Positions 1 to 14,287 of a stretch of DNA of 64,000 nucleotides are shown piece by piece (the stretch's first letter is position 1; each line of letters starts with the position of its first letter). Below the pieces are notes generated by a model. The model saw only the letters and a program-made list of their open reading frames with translations, was not told where the DNA came from and ran no database searches. The DNA comes from Octopus sinensis (taxonomy: Eukaryota). Made by a program: the position numbers and the translations under genes. The stretch lies in the NCBI RefSeq assembly GCF_006345805.1, contig NC_043010.1:40238001-40302000 (forward strand). The letters run 5' to 3'.

Positions 1-83
1 AGTTGCACATTAATTTCAGAACCACACTGTTTTCGTTGATCAGACCAACTAGAACCCTCGTCGTCGTAACCGACAGAGTGCCA
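1..83 (+). mobile_element. 3' end of a SINE (same family as 29005-29385)
   Basis: 'gttgatc...gaaccctcgtcgtcgtaaccgacagagtgcca' matches the tail of the element at ~29335-29385. Confidence 0.6.
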
Positions 84-504
84 ATAATTAGGACTGATAT
101 TTGAAATTGCATTATCAGAAAAAGCTGGAAGACACGGTGGTTGTTGATTGATTCCAGAACATCCTTATGATGAAAGACGTTCAAACTACGACCATCCTGT
201 CTTTTCTTTTTACACAGTGTATCTAGGTCTACATTATCTAATGTGCGGAGATATCATCGACAACGACGACAACAGTTTTCAATACTAGGAAGATTATAGG
301 ACATAGATTATAATTTGAAGCACATAAGGCCTTAAGATTGCTAATAATATCTGATTTATGTTGCAAGAAACAGGTTATACATTGCTCCTTGTATGAAACT
401 TTGAAAACTGTACATAGGCGGAACCGGACTTAATACATAATATATAGAGACTGGCGAATAACAGGGAAAAATCACGGGGATAAATGTAGCGAATTGCCAG
501 AAAA

Positions 505-735
505 AGGCGGCAACCTGGCAAAATTATTAACCACCCCGGACAAGATGCTTTGAAGCTTTTCCTCCAACTTCACTTATTGTTTTCACAGAAAGGCTGAGTT
601 GTACTTGTAAGTTTGAAGTTATCTTTTATCATTTCGATGGCTATAAAATAAGTAGCCCTTGAGGACCGAAACCGATGTAATTGATTAAACCCTTTCCCAA
701 ATTTTCATGCCGTGTATCTATAGTAGAAAGAAATT
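505..735 (+). mobile_element. Degenerate Deu/Nin-domain-type SINE
   Basis: Starts 'aaggcggcaacctggcaaaat', resembling the head of the 61468-61696 family (ggcggcgagctggcagaaac); decayed 'ttttatcatttcgatggctataaaataagtag' core. Confidence 0.45.
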
Positions 736-749
736 ACATGCTCTTTTAC

Positions 750-955
750 TCTTTACACTTTTACTTGTTTCAGTCATTTGACTGTGGCCCTGCTGAAGCA
801 CCACCTTTAGTCGACCAAATCAACAAATTATTCTTTGTAAGCCTAGTACTTATTTTATCGGTCTGTTTTGCCGAACCGCTAAGTTATGAAGGACGAAAAC
901 ACTCCAGCATCGGCTGTCAAGCGATGTTGGGGGACAAACACAGACACACAAACAT

Positions 956-994
<39 letters not shown>

Positions 995-1172
995 CATATA
1001 TACATATATACGACAGGCTTCTTTCAGTTTCTGTCTACCAAATCCAATCACAACGCTTTGGTCGGCCAGAGGGTATATTAGAAGACACTTGCCCAAGGTG
1101 CCACGCAATGGGACTGAACCCGGAACCATGTGGTTTGTTAGCAAGCTGCTTACCACACAGCCACTCGTACGC
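750..1172 (-). mobile_element. tRNA-derived SINE with internal (CA)/(TA) microsatellite
   Basis: Minus strand gives a tRNA-like head (gtggctgtgtggtaagcagcttgct...ggttccgggttcagtccc); homologous to copies at 43429 and 50402. Confidence 0.8.
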
Positions 1173-3190
1173 CTAACAAATTTTAGCTAGAAAGATTAAT
1201 AGATTGAAAAGTGTCTGTTAGTTAGAAGGATTAATATACTGAAAAGTCACCGTTTTAGTTAGAGGAATTAATAAATTGAAAAGTGTCCTCTTCATTATTT
1301 AATAAATAATTATTTATTCATTTAGCCACGAAGTTTATCGCATAATAAATTATAACCTACGCAGAGAAGTATATCGATAACAGATTATTCATGTACACTT
1401 ATAATGTACAGTTCTGTACACAACCAGCTGGGATTTAGTTTAATGAAATTCAGAGACGCACCGAAATGCTTCATAGCAGTCTAATTGCCTTTGATATACA
1501 TGTCAAGGGAGAGATGGACAAACATAGAGAAAGCACACCGCCAGATATATTAGTAGATACAAATTTAATTGATTTTAAAATGAAACAGATTATACTTATT
1601 ACCAAAAAAATTACATCTTGATTTCGCTCAATCATCTTTTTACAAATAGTTGACATGGACACTGATGAAAAGATACGAACTGACAACTCCTTCGCTGATA
1701 AATACAGTCGGCTATCAGCACGGTCGTATAATCTCCAAGATGACTAATTATCGAAGATGCTGAAGTTGTGTGTGTCACGTCATTATTTTCAGGTATGCTG
1801 TATTCAGTACTAAACTGTTCAATATATCCAACTTTTCATTTTTTTTTTCTTTTGACTCCTTGTGTGACATTAGGAAGATACGATTTGCATTTATAGAAGC
1901 TTGAGTGACTCTGAAGAAATTGCGCTGTTGACTCGGGCTTCTCACTCGTTGTTTAATATGCCGAGGTGGATGCTTTAATGGCTTCTCTTCATAAAACCAA
2001 TAGATGCATGGGATAACGCATTGCCTGCCTGTGGTTGACACATGCATCGCAGAAGTTTATAAGAAATTCTACGCTACATTACTCGAAAAAGAAAGGCCAT
2101 GTTGAACAGAAACACCTTTCTCTGTTAATACAAACATACATACATACATGCATACATGAATACATACATAAATATATATATATACATACACACACATATA
2201 TATATATATACATATATATATATACGTATATATATACGCATATATTTATATATATATATATGCATATACATATATGTATATGTTTATATATATGTATATA
2301 TATACATATATATATATGTATATATGTACATATATATATATATATCTGTGTGTGTGTATGTCTATATATATATACATATATATGTATGTATTATGTACGC
2401 ATATTTATTAATACTTTAATATGTGTGTGTGCATTTATGTACTTTAAATGTACGCATCTATTGATTTATCAATATGTATGTTTGTTCGGACATTTGCAAA
2501 AATGCCATCGGATCAAAGAATATTGAATATGCATCGTGCCATTAAATATAACAGAGTTAACCAAACTTTGGTCGTTTTCCAATTCAATCCGAATTCAAAG
2601 CATACAATAGTTCCTTCTGACAGATTCTCCTGCATGGATACAACCTTCTTGCAGGTGACCTTTCTTATCAGCCAACTTCAGTTGCATTCCCGGTGAGGAT
2701 AAAGATGGAAAACGCCATTGGAAAATGTCCATTGTTGATAAAATAAATATAACAAATGCGCCCCTTCTAAACCTTCCCTGTTCCTTTCGTTCGATATTTA
2801 GTATAGTATTGATAAGGTATGTCCCTAAACTGATATTGTTCTTTGATAGAACGAAAAGAAAATCCAAAGCACGAATCTATAATCTGGTAAGGTAAAAAAA
2901 ACGGGGTATAATCAGGCAGATCTATTGTGGATGAAGAAGTGTATACACGCGGAGTTTAAAAAAGGCAGAATAGTTAGGGGAGAATCAAAACTTGGTTGAG
3001 AATCAGGAGATAATAAATCACGTATGTAAAAAAATGTGCGAGGCTTAGAATGAGATTCCCCTAAAGTATCATTACAAATGCATACACGCACAAACACACA
3101 GACATACGTATACATATACATATATAATAAATATATATGTATATACATATATATGTATATATATACATATATATATACACATATATATAT

Positions 3191-3270
<80 letters not shown>

Positions 3271-3351
3271 CATTTATATATACATATATATATACTTATC
3301 TATGCATACATACATACATATATATATACACTCATATATATACTTATATAT

Positions 3352-3461
<110 letters not shown>

Positions 3462-4068
3462 ATAGTATACATTATGTGTATACATATTCATATCTATAAG
3501 AATAACAATATATGTATTGTACGTATTAATATGTATATATATATAATGGGATACGTATAAACTATATATTAATCTACGAACATATATGTATCAGAATATG
3601 TACATATGCATGCGTGCGTGTGCGTGCGCGTGGGTGTGTGTGTACGTGGGGTGTGCGTGTGGGGGGGGTATGTTTGCGTGTGAGCGTTTGTGCGGTTGTG
3701 AGTAATTCATGTAAATATATATACATGTATATATGTATATTTATGTCTGTACTAGTGTGTGTACGTATTATATCTCTGTCCATCTATCTATGTATACAGA
3801 GGGAGAGTGTAAGAAAGAAAGAAAGAAAGAAAATGATGGAGGGAGAAAGAAGGTGAGAGGTATAGAGAGGGTCAGAAAGAGAGAGATGAAAGAGAGGGGG
3901 AGAAGGAGGAGCAGGGGTAGCAGGAAGAAGAAGAAGAAGAAGAAGAATATATTGATGATCACGACAATGAGGGTGGTGGTTGTGATGGTGGTGATGGTGG
4001 TGATGGTGCTGGTGGTGCTGGTAGTAGTGGTGGGGTGGTGATGGTTGTGGTGGTGGTGGCGGTGAAGG

Positions 4069-4102
<34 letters not shown>

Positions 4103-4759
4103 ATTGTTCTGGATGCAAAGGGTAAACGAAGGAAATATATGCATGTAAAGCGTTATTTTATAGAACAGATAAAATGTAAATTATATGGAGGATAAAAACG
4201 AGATAAGATCCGAAAAATAAAAGAATAGCAGAGGAAAATTTATAGAACAGATATATTCTAGGTATTCACTTGAAGCTGGCGCTTATGTATTCCATTTAGG
4301 AAGTTCTTCTTCCAGCGAAATTGGAAAAGACAAAATGTTCATCTCAAGACAGATGTATGATATTCTAGCTTAGCCCTATATCGGAACTGAGAGCGTGGAC
4401 CCTTAATAATATGTATTCCAGCTCTTTAAACCCAGTGTTCTTTTTTCACAAATCTCCATATCTCGTAGTTAGATACAGAGTAAGTTGTATTGTTTTTGTT
4501 TTTTTGTTTTTATCTGCGATTGACTTTGACTTGAAGAAAATTCGGTCACAAGTTATTGAAGGTTTTAGCACCACATAGAGGCTCGCTTTGGTGAAATCCA
4601 CAACAAATAATAAATACACCGTGCCTTATAAACTAGCTTCAAATTATTTAGTGTATAGTGTCTGCTATCCAAGTTACCGTTTTCCGATTTGTTTTATACC
4701 TGACAATTTATAAATCAATTCTCATTTTCGTCTTTAGGACAAGACACACAAATGAAAAC

Positions 4760-5135
4760 TTTTCATCAATGAATTATTAGTACTTTGTTTTGCTTCGTTT
4801 TCTAGGAGGCGCTAACATAATATAAAATTTAATCTTGGGAGAATTCGGTTTATGAGACTGTGTAGACAACAAATTCAGTCCTTTATAATCATATCTGATT
4901 TATTTGCTTCAATAGTGTGAGAAGTCTTTATAAAGTCGTTCCATAATATACTGTAACTTTCATTGTCTGTCACAGGCTCTGATTCGTGTTCATACCAATT
5001 TTCTGTTATTTTGATGCCATATAATCGACCAACATCCCAAAGCGTTATTTTACCTACGCAGCAATGCCTACCTTTATACGCTTTTTGCGTTAGTTTACTG
5101 CACTCACTCAACAGATGATTGATACTTTTCAAGAT
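4760..5135 (-). pseudogene. Degenerate RLE-type (R4/Dong-like) LINE C-terminal fragment
   Basis: ORF 4875-5132: SINHLLSECSKL...YKGRH...WYEHESEPVTDNESYSILWND...IEANKSDMII, i.e. zinc-knuckle end followed by an RPD-like endonuclease motif. Confidence 0.7.
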
Positions 5136-5467
5136 TTGGAAGAAAAATTTTGGAGTATTTTACTTTTTGAACTAGTGCACATTACAGAAGGAATCTTTGC
5201 TATAGTGGAATTACAATATACGAGCGGAGATTTGGCTTCTAATTCTTTTCTGGTGGCTCGCCTGACAGCCTAATATCACACAGATTGAATAGTTTCATAA
5301 CAACATTCGTTTCATCAGGTGGGTGTTCGATATTCTTGGATGGAAGATTTATCCGTTACTCAGATGGCACCTTTTTCTTTCTCATCAGTTTCGGAAAACC
5401 TAGAACGGATCATGGAACCTTTCCCTGACTGAAGTATGAAACAGAAACATTAATCAGTTTCTTAATA

Positions 5468-5610
<143 letters not shown>

Positions 5611-5619
5611 CATTATTAT

Positions 5620-6153
5620 TGAGTGAGAGAGCAGATCATTCCATCAAAGTGACATTGGGGTAAAATTAACGAAGCTTAGTATACCCATCATGACTACCCG
5701 TCTGATAAGGGTACACCAGGCACATTGTATCACAATCCTATGTGCGCGACATGGTGATCTCATATCAAGATAAACAGTGCCTGACCTTGCAGGTGGTGCC
5801 CAGTTACAATTTTCTTCTGGTCGAGTAGCCCATCCTGCTCAAAAGGTCCCTGAATAAGGATTGTTTAAGGATGTTCAACGAATCACCCATGTTTCCAAAG
5901 GTGAATTATCCAAACTTCTAAGAATTCCCTTCAACACATTGCTATGATGCTCCTCCACTACTTCTACTCGTGATCAGAGATGCACATATTGTCAGCCACT
6001 AAGGAACATGCTCAACTGGTTAAGGTCAAACAACTGACAAGCTAATCTGTGGTATTGAGCAGGATATTTGCTGTTGCCCATCTTTTATACCAAGAGAAAA
6101 AATGTACATGATAACACTTCCAATCAGTTAAGATCAGAAGCCACGAGAGCCAC
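5620..6153. mobile_element. Non-coding interspersed repeat inserted in a (TTA)n tract
   Basis: ~530 bp of complex, GC-richer sequence bounded precisely by (TTA)n on both sides. Confidence 0.5.
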
Positions 6154-6178
6154 TTATTATTATTATTATTATTAGTAT

Positions 6179-6225
<47 letters not shown>

Positions 6226-6337
6226 ATATCATTATTGTTGCTGTTGTGATGGTGGTGGTGGTGGTGGTGATGGTGATGGTCGGGTCCTTGGGAACAGTAT
6301 CAGAAGTTATGAGGTATCACCTCCTTCATTTCCCATA

Positions 6338-6410
<73 letters not shown>

Positions 6411-6411
<1 letters not shown>

Positions 6412-7528
6412 TATGTTTGACTTTTGCTTTATGTCTGTACAAGTTGGCTCCAAGTCTCACCCAGAGACCTCAAGAGACAACAGGTTGGAAGTTCACGTTG
6501 TTGTTATGCCTAGTGTGCCATATATTTGGGGGTTTTTTGGTGTTATTCTAGTGAATGTCTAATACATAAAAGAAAGTTTGTTTTAAACCTTGGGATTACA
6601 TAGAGAGTATTTTGCGTAGGATATGAGCAGTTCCCATGAGCACTATCTTTTGAATTTCTGCCATTTTGGGGTTTCCTGGTATCTGAGTTAGGTAGCAATC
6701 AGTCCCTTTCGCTATCATTCCCAGGGCACCTATGACAACAGGTATTGTTTTAGTCTTCAGGTTCCACATTTTGCTGATTTCTATTTCAAGATCTTTATAT
6801 TTGATCAGCTTTTGGTAGGTCTTGACAGATACGTTTATATCGATTGGGACAGTCATATCAATGAGGAGGCATGTTCTTTGTCTGAAGTCTTTCAATATGA
6901 TGTCTGGCCTATTTGCATCTATGTTTCTGTCAGTTTGAATGGTGAAGTTCCAGAGGAGCGAGATGTGGTCATTTTCAAGCACTGGAGGTGGATTGTGTTC
7001 CCACCAGTTTTTTCATGGGGCAAATCCAGGTTTTTGCAAATTACCCAGTGAATATATTGTGCAGCTCTATCATGCCTGTTGAAGTACTCTGTAGGCGCTA
7101 GAAGACTGCATTTGGAGACAACATGATCAATGGTTTCATTTTGTTGTTGGCATACACGACATGTTGGGCTACTGCCGTTCTTTAATATGTTGGCCTGGTA
7201 GTTTCTTGTTGGTAGGCATTGATCTTGAGCTGCTATGATAAACCCCTCTGTTTCAGATTTTAAGCCAGAGGCCATTAGCCATTGATGGGTTAGGGCTTTG
7301 TCAATATCTGCATTATTCGCTCTCTTTGGGTATTTGCCATAGAGAAGTTTTTCTTGCCATTTATTATTCAGAATATCTAAGGGCGCAGTTTTGGCATGGG
7401 TTTCCATGCGCCTAGCTTTTTCTGTGCTTGTTTCTTGTATGTCTATCTCTAATTCCGAAATTGGTTGTATTCGAAATTCACTTAGATATTCCTTTGCCTG
7501 TTTTGTTACTGAGTATGATGCTTTCTTG

Positions 7529-7530
<2 letters not shown>
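6411..7530 (-). mobile_element. 5'-truncated Dong/R4-like non-LTR retrotransposon (CCHC knuckle + restriction-like endonuclease), one frameshift
   Basis: ORFs 6919-7608 and 6596-6982: LKSETEGFIIAAQDQ, CRVC-x8-H-x4-C, RHD, RPDIIL, LLIDMTVP, K..KYKDL, IPVVIGALG; (TAA)n on both flanks, the known Dong target. Confidence 0.88.
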
Positions 7531-7588
<58 letters not shown>

Positions 7589-8511
7589 GTCGTCGTCATC
7601 ATCATCATTATTACTATTTTGTTTGGGAGCGGGAAAGATCCACACTGGAATGCATATGTAAGTACCTGGTAATAAGAGAAGAAAATAAATTGGGATTGTA
7701 TGAGGATTGTGTAACGCCTCTCTATGCAATGAAATTATTTGCCCTTGGGAATTAAAAAAATATATAAGAAAGAGCTAAAGGATTTAAACTCGTTCCAAAT
7801 CATAATTCGAAAGCATAGCAACAAATTAAAACGAAAGAAAGAATATTCAATGCTGAATTATTGGTGTTTTTTTAGGATAGATTGCCTACATGATATATTC
7901 AATATCATCATCATCAACAACATCACACGAGCACCACCAACACTACTACTAGCTCCGTTCCCATTAACATCTTAATCATCATTTTGCTCTCCTTTTTCTC
8001 ACAACCCTCATCATCATCACCATCATCACCATCATCATCGTCATCATCGTCATCATTGTCATCATCGTCATTAATTTGTCAGCATACCACCCATCAGCGA
8101 TGTTGCAGTCGACATTAGCAGCTGTAACATAGTTGGTCTTCTTCATCAGGAAGACATCTTTGTGGTTATCATCTTCAAGAAAATTATCCTCCCTACCTAC
8201 ACCATCATTATCCTCATCATCACCACGATTAACATTGTAATCATCGTTATCATCATCATCATCCGTCATAATCATCCTCCTAATATCAGGTGGGAGTTAT
8301 TATAAATTCTATCTCGGATATTGATTGGAGAGGCAAACTCTCCAAATGTCCCAAGCCTCGTGGCGCTCACAAACAAAATCATTCGATAAGATGATGAATA
8401 AAATGTAATGAGACAAGTAAAATCATACGAAGATAAAACGGTATATACATCTATCTATCTATCAATCTACCTTCCTCACTGTCTCTCTCTATCTATCTAT
8501 CTATTTATCTA

Positions 8512-8563
<52 letters not shown>

Positions 8564-8806
8564 ATATATATATACAGGTAGATAAACAGGTAGATACATA
8601 CATGCATACATATGTACGTGCAGATATATGTGTGTGTGTAAGTGTGCATGTATGTACGTATATATAATATATATAAATATGTATATTTATTTATTTTATT
8701 TCATTTTATATGATATATATATATATATATACATATATATATCATATACGTTATATATATACATGTCTATCTATTTATCTATCTATTTCTTTCTCGCTAT
8801 GCACAC

Positions 8807-8910
<104 letters not shown>

Positions 8911-9157
8911 GTGTGTGTGTGCGTGAAGATACAGATGTATGTAATTATTTCAACTATTTCTATTTCTCAGTTATTTTAGCCTTCTTTCGTCTTGCTTTTA
9001 TTTCATATTTCTGCAGTCATTATATTTGTTTCGAATATCTAATATATATATATATGTGTGTGTGTGTGTGTTGTGTGTGTGTGTGTGTGTGTGGTGTGTG
9101 TGTGTGTTTGTTTGTGTGTATGTATACATACGTATAAATGCATATATATATACACGC

Positions 9158-9243
<86 letters not shown>

Positions 9244-10167
9244 TATATATATACATATACTTACATTCATATGTACGTTCGCTTGTGTATATGTTTGTTT
9301 GTATGTATGATAGATAAACAAAGGCTAAATCTCGAAACAATAACAGACCAGCTGTCAATTTAAGTGAAGCCTAGTTAATTAAATGGAATTGAGGAATAAA
9401 AAGGATATATAATTATTCCTTGAACATAAACCCACGCTTACATTTACAGAAGCCAAAAAGTTGACATAGTCCCATATATTCGTACGTATATACCTAGATG
9501 CATTCATAAACATATACATACAGTGATACAGGTAGACACACGCATAGCCTGAGACTGGCAGATGCACATGTCAACATACATTCATAAATTCTTCAATAGC
9601 TGGATGAAAACAACAAAGCGGTGTAGGTAGGATTTTGACGATAAAAATGATTAGGCCTATTGCCTATGATTTAAGGACTTATATTTCTAGATACTTATTT
9701 CAAATCTAGCTACCACCAATTTAATATTTCGCAAGTGGTAGTATTATTCTATGTATTACTGGTATATTAGTAGCGGTACCAATTGTTTCATGATAAAAGT
9801 TGCAGAACATTCCAAGCGATCCACTTACAATCATTGGTAATCTGCCTCGATGTTGGATTACGTTGTTATGGAAACGGATTATTAACACTCTTAAGTGGAT
9901 CACAGGAAAAATTGCTCCACACTTGAAACCTTAGGTAGTATTACTGATCCACAAATAAAGATTAAATCTATCTCCAGTACATGCAATGTTGTGAATATAT
10001 TTTTCTGCTCCCAACTATACATATATATATATATATATAAAGAGAGAGAGAGAGATACACAGAAAGACAGACAGATATACAGATATAGATATAGATATGT
10101 ATATATACATCTATATATACATTTGTACATTCATTCATACAAGCATATATACATGTATATATGTATG

Positions 10168-10198
<31 letters not shown>

Positions 10199-10204
10199 TT
10201 GTGT

Positions 10205-10237
<33 letters not shown>

Positions 10238-10444
10238 AGTATAATTTCATTTAATTTCTCAAGGAACTAAAATCCCTTAAGGGATGCGAGCATCGTAGTT
10301 CACCTGTTGATACAAGCGTTCAGAGAATACGAAGTATATTAGTTTATCACCGAAACGTATAGGCATTAAAATAAACATTTGTAAGTAAGAAAATGGATAG
10401 AAATTTACGTACATATGTTTTTATTTAAAGATATTCAAATTCAT

Positions 10445-10598
10445 ACAAAAAAAAAAGGTGTATTAGTTTAACGCAAGGGAATGTGAGAGAGTATTTTACA
10501 TTTCGAGCCTACGCTCTTCAACAGAAAGGAACACGAAAAAATAAACAGAGAGAGAATAAAAAACAGTTTTAGCGGCTAGCGGTCAATCGTGGCCGCTA
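10445..10598 (-). mobile_element. Short HHR-bearing repeat (family of 38419-38940); hammerhead at 10494-10528
   Basis: Minus strand: ttt CTGTTGA a gagc gtag gctc GAAA tgta aaa; similar to 38460-38600. Confidence 0.65.
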
Positions 10599-10641
10599 TA
10601 TATATATAATCAAAATAAGCAACAAGGATATCCAGAGGTAA

Positions 10642-10728
10642 TGCAGTACGATCGTTTCATGCAACTCCATTTAAATGAACAATGCAATCATTACATCAAT
10701 TTAAAATAAAGAACAATCTTCAGCTGCA
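10642..10728 (-). ncRNA. Type I hammerhead ribozyme with extended stem II
   Basis: Minus strand: tgcag CTGAAGA ttgt...gcat GAAA cgatcg TA ctgca; perfect 5-bp stem I, palindromic stem III ACGAUCGU, GUA cleavage triplet. Confidence 0.8.
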
Positions 10729-11857
10729 CAAAGACATAGAATTTAATTAAATTAGAACAGAAGGACACATTAGTATAAGTTCACCTAATATCTCCAATAA
10801 GTTAAGGAGATAGAGAAAGAACATATTGTACCTACAACATTATAGTTGTTACAAGATTATACAAGTTACTGGTTTTTACTTCAAATTTAGCAAGGTAACT
10901 CTATTTTTGTAAGTTCATTTTATGTGATTTTAAGTTTACTAATCTTACGCAATGTATACCTATCCGGATTATTTTCTAAGTTTTTGTAGAAATGTTGCTC
11001 ATATGTTTAAATGCCATTTCTCTATAATGGGATTTGTCCATTATGACCATTCTCCGTCCTTTGTCCGCCTCTTTAATAATTATTGAGTGATCTGTTTGTA
11101 AAGATTCCAAAACGCTTTCTTCCTCATGCTTGATATATAATCAGAGTATCCTCCGAACACTAAAACGTATGAGACTAATATTATTGTGTTCTCACAGCTA
11201 ACATTCGAAATGTTTCACCTGCTTTTCTCGTGCACTCTTGACCACAAACCAGCCTTCTATCAAATTTACTCAGAAGGCATGGGGAAACTGAAGGCAATAG
11301 CAAAATACACTTACACAAGGCGCCGCGCGATTTAACCAAACGTGAAACTACGCGGCTGGAGACAGAGCTTCTAACCACGCAGCCATCTCTGTGCATAAGT
11401 AATGGAAAGTTGTTTAATAAAACAAGGCAGAAATTATAAATCCGAACAGGACTCGATACAACTTTATAGTAACTGTACAGGAAATGGTTATAATCTACAG
11501 ATTTAATGTTTTTCTTAAGAATTTCCGGTTTTCTAAATTAAATATAAGGTTTTGTATGTGTATAGATGTGTTTGAGAGAGCGTCTCTGGGTGTGTGCGTG
11601 TCTGTGTGTGAGTGTATCTGCAATTTATATGCATATATATATCATATGCATATGTATTTTTCTTTATAAATGTTAAATAATGCACATTAAATATGTTACA
11701 TATTTATGTATGTGCGTGCATTTATATCGATATATGCATACATAGAAATATACTCACCCATCGACATAGCGAGAGAGACACACACACACACAAACATTTA
11801 TATACTATATTTTATACACGGAGAGTATTACGTATAAATATACAAATCATTGATATA

Positions 11858-12240
11858 GATGAGGTGGTATCAAAAGGTTCCCGGAATAATTTTGTAGCGC
11901 GCCATCAGATGGCAGCACGCGGTAGCATGTGCAATGAGAGCTAGCAGAAACTTTCATGAGGCAGTGTGCTGAGTTACATTGGTGTGTTTGCCTCGCAAGT
12001 TGTGAAATTTGTGTATTTGTGATCACATGTATGCTGTAGTCTGCGATTTTTGTCATGGACAGGTAGTTGGAACAAAGAGTCAACGTGAAATTTTGCCTTA
12101 AACGCAGGAAATCTGCTACGGAGACATTGAGAATGCTTGGGCATGCTTACGGCAACAAGGCAATTGATCGTACGCAAAGTTTCGAGTGCACGGGTGCATG
12201 ACAGAGCCATGGCTCGCTCAAGAGCATGCTCACCGATTTT
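11858..12240 (+). pseudogene. Mariner transposon 5' fragment (TIR + N-terminal HTH)
   Basis: TIR-like gaggtggtatcaaaaggttcccgga; from ~12069 reads EQRVNVKFCLKRRKSATETLRMLGHAYGNKAIDRTQSFE, the Mos1-like HTH. Confidence 0.8.
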
Positions 12241-12572
12241 CACCATTCAGTAGGAAAAACGTTGTATTACACTTTCACATTTTCTTTTATATCTTGGCAT
12301 CTGAAGCAGCTAGACATACGATAGTTTGATCAAAAGAACTGGCTATTGCAACCAAAAGTAAATCTTGAAAAAAAGCCAACGATATATATATATATATTTT
12401 ATACAATAATTAAGGTGCTGACAATGATGATGATGACAATTGAAATATAAAAATATAAAAATCTCTGACAAAGGATATTTACAACATTTCTAAAAATAAC
12501 CCAACAATTGCTGCTTCGGCCGGGGTCAAGATACAGGACTCTTGACATGTCCAACAAAGCGTGATGCCTAAA

Positions 12573-12688
12573 CCAATCAGCTCAACCAACCAATCAGCTT
12601 AAGTAATTGAGTGATACTACACACTGATTGGTCAGAATACAGTTTGCAAAAACCTAGCACTCTGGAGCCTACCCAGCTGTATTTATAG
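12573..12688 (+). promoter_or_regulatory. Pol II-like promoter in the pLTR: three CCAAT boxes + TATA
   Basis: ccaatcag at 12573 and 12590, ctgattgg at ~12624-12631, tatttatag at 12680; AATAAA at 12884; all repeated in the 3' pLTR. Confidence 0.6.
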
Positions 12689-12749
12689 CACAGAATCAAT
12701 CATCTTGCTACAGTCAAAAATGTGAAGCATGACTGTCAACACTACTACA

Positions 12750-12794
12750 TGAACCCGAAGATTGCAGAATTCAATGCATGAAAGTACTAGTTCA
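12750..12794 (+). ncRNA. Minimal type I hammerhead ribozyme in the 5' pLTR (U4C core variant)
   Basis: tgaac CCGAAGA ttgca gaattcaa tgcat GAAA gtac TA gttca. Confidence 0.75.
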
Positions 12795-13044
12795 ATCAGA
12801 ATGAATATTTAACATTCTACTATTTCATTTTATTTTATTCAATTATAATATATTATCTTATAATATATCATTATAAGATTGTAAATAAAACGTGAAAATC
12901 AGACAAGGTTGGAATTCTTTTTATAATATATTCTTCTATACACAATCACACACACCCATATATATATATTCTATATTCCTATTGTGTATATGCCAACATG
13001 TCTGGAAAGCAACAAACAAAATAACAGAATCAGAAAGAATTCTA

Positions 13045-14287
13045 ATGGAAATTTCATCGAAATTATCAACACTCATCACGATGATTGACACACAATCCTC
13101 TATTTTAAAGGAAATAGAAAAACAGTCTACAGACGGAAAACTTGGAAATGAACACATAAACTCTGAAATTAAGAATTTAGCTGAAATGATACCAACAATT
13201 ATAAAATCTACAAGAGAAAGCCTACCACAACCTCCTTGGATGTCAGAAATAAACGAAAGAAATCTGGAAAAAGAGGCACACCGAAAAAGAGAAGAGATAC
13301 AGAAGACATGGAAAAAACTCCTTAACATAAGAAAACAAAACTTCTGGAAGGCATATAAATGCGAAAAATATGCTGAAATACATTCGAAATGGATATCTTT
13401 AGCGGCACCCATACTTCCTCGGAAGTACCTAATTAAAGAAATTGCAGGAGAACCAGAGGAAGAAACTAAACTTCGATGGGACCTTAGTTTGATAAAATTC
13501 AGGACCGACATCTCCATTACCCTGTCTAAACAATCCCGCTACAAAGCCAAATACGAAGCTATCGATGATCAAATCAGAGATGAAATATCCAAACTAACGA
13601 CTGGCAATATAGCAGAAAAAAATGCGAGAACTATGGATCAGAGATATCTCAAAAGAAGAAAGCAGATCAAGAAAGTTTTGGCAGCGGAAACAATTATTTC
13701 TCGACAAATATGCTACAAACTACGGTAAAGACAACAGAGCTCCGAGAAATAGCATTAAAAGTGGACAACCTCACCAACGCAACATACACCAGAACACGTG
13801 GCAACATGAACACCTGTTTCACCACGAATCGAAGACGAACTACGGTAAGAACTCTTCCCATTTTGTATGCAAACACCCCAATGCACACAACATGAACAAA
13901 AAGCACAAACAAAATAGATATTGTTTTGAACAGACCATTAGCAGTAGAAATAACAGATCATTTTCAAGACCTCAACAGAGATTACCCACAAGAAACTGGA
14001 CAAAAAACCGATCTAGATCTAGAAGTAAACCCAGATCATTTCTCCAGGTGGTTAAAAACAATGCTAACAAGAAATTGAAAAGTAGCATACATAATACCAA
14101 AAACAAGACAGAAAACATAACGAAACCAAGTAAAGTACCACAACCAAAACGCAAAATTCATCAAGCAAACATCAACAGGAATATAAATCATAACCAGAAA
14201 AAAATCCATTTTTTTACGTCAGGACAACAAACACCGGAGAAAGAAAAAATCCAAGAGGAAACATACCCCAAACAACTGAACGTATAG
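13045..14287 (+). CDS. PLE ORF1: coiled-coil-like N-half, basic/RS-rich C-half; broken by a 1-nt shift in the A-run at 13616-13622
   Basis: Overlapping ORFs 12892-13728 (first ATG 13045) and 13622-14287 join as ...IAEK/MRELW... if one A is removed; RSRSRSK motif; lies between the pLTR and the RT frame. Confidence 0.6.

Larger units (their letters stand above)
12403..12976 (+). repeat. 5' pseudo-LTR of the PLE
   Basis: Near-identical to 16674-17249 (acaataattaaggtgctgac...cacacccatatatatatattctatat). Confidence 0.93.

Noticed and set aside
1450-2890. Complex sequence with splice-like signals (e.g. acag|attctc ~2623, ctg|gtaagg ~2886) as possible host exons
   Set aside because: The frames I translated hit stops and no recognisable protein motif emerges; small exons cannot be excluded without RNA-seq
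5278-5325. Minus-strand CTGATGA...GAAA hammerhead-like motif
   Set aside because: Extra bases before GAAA, non-palindromic stem III and no stem I pairing
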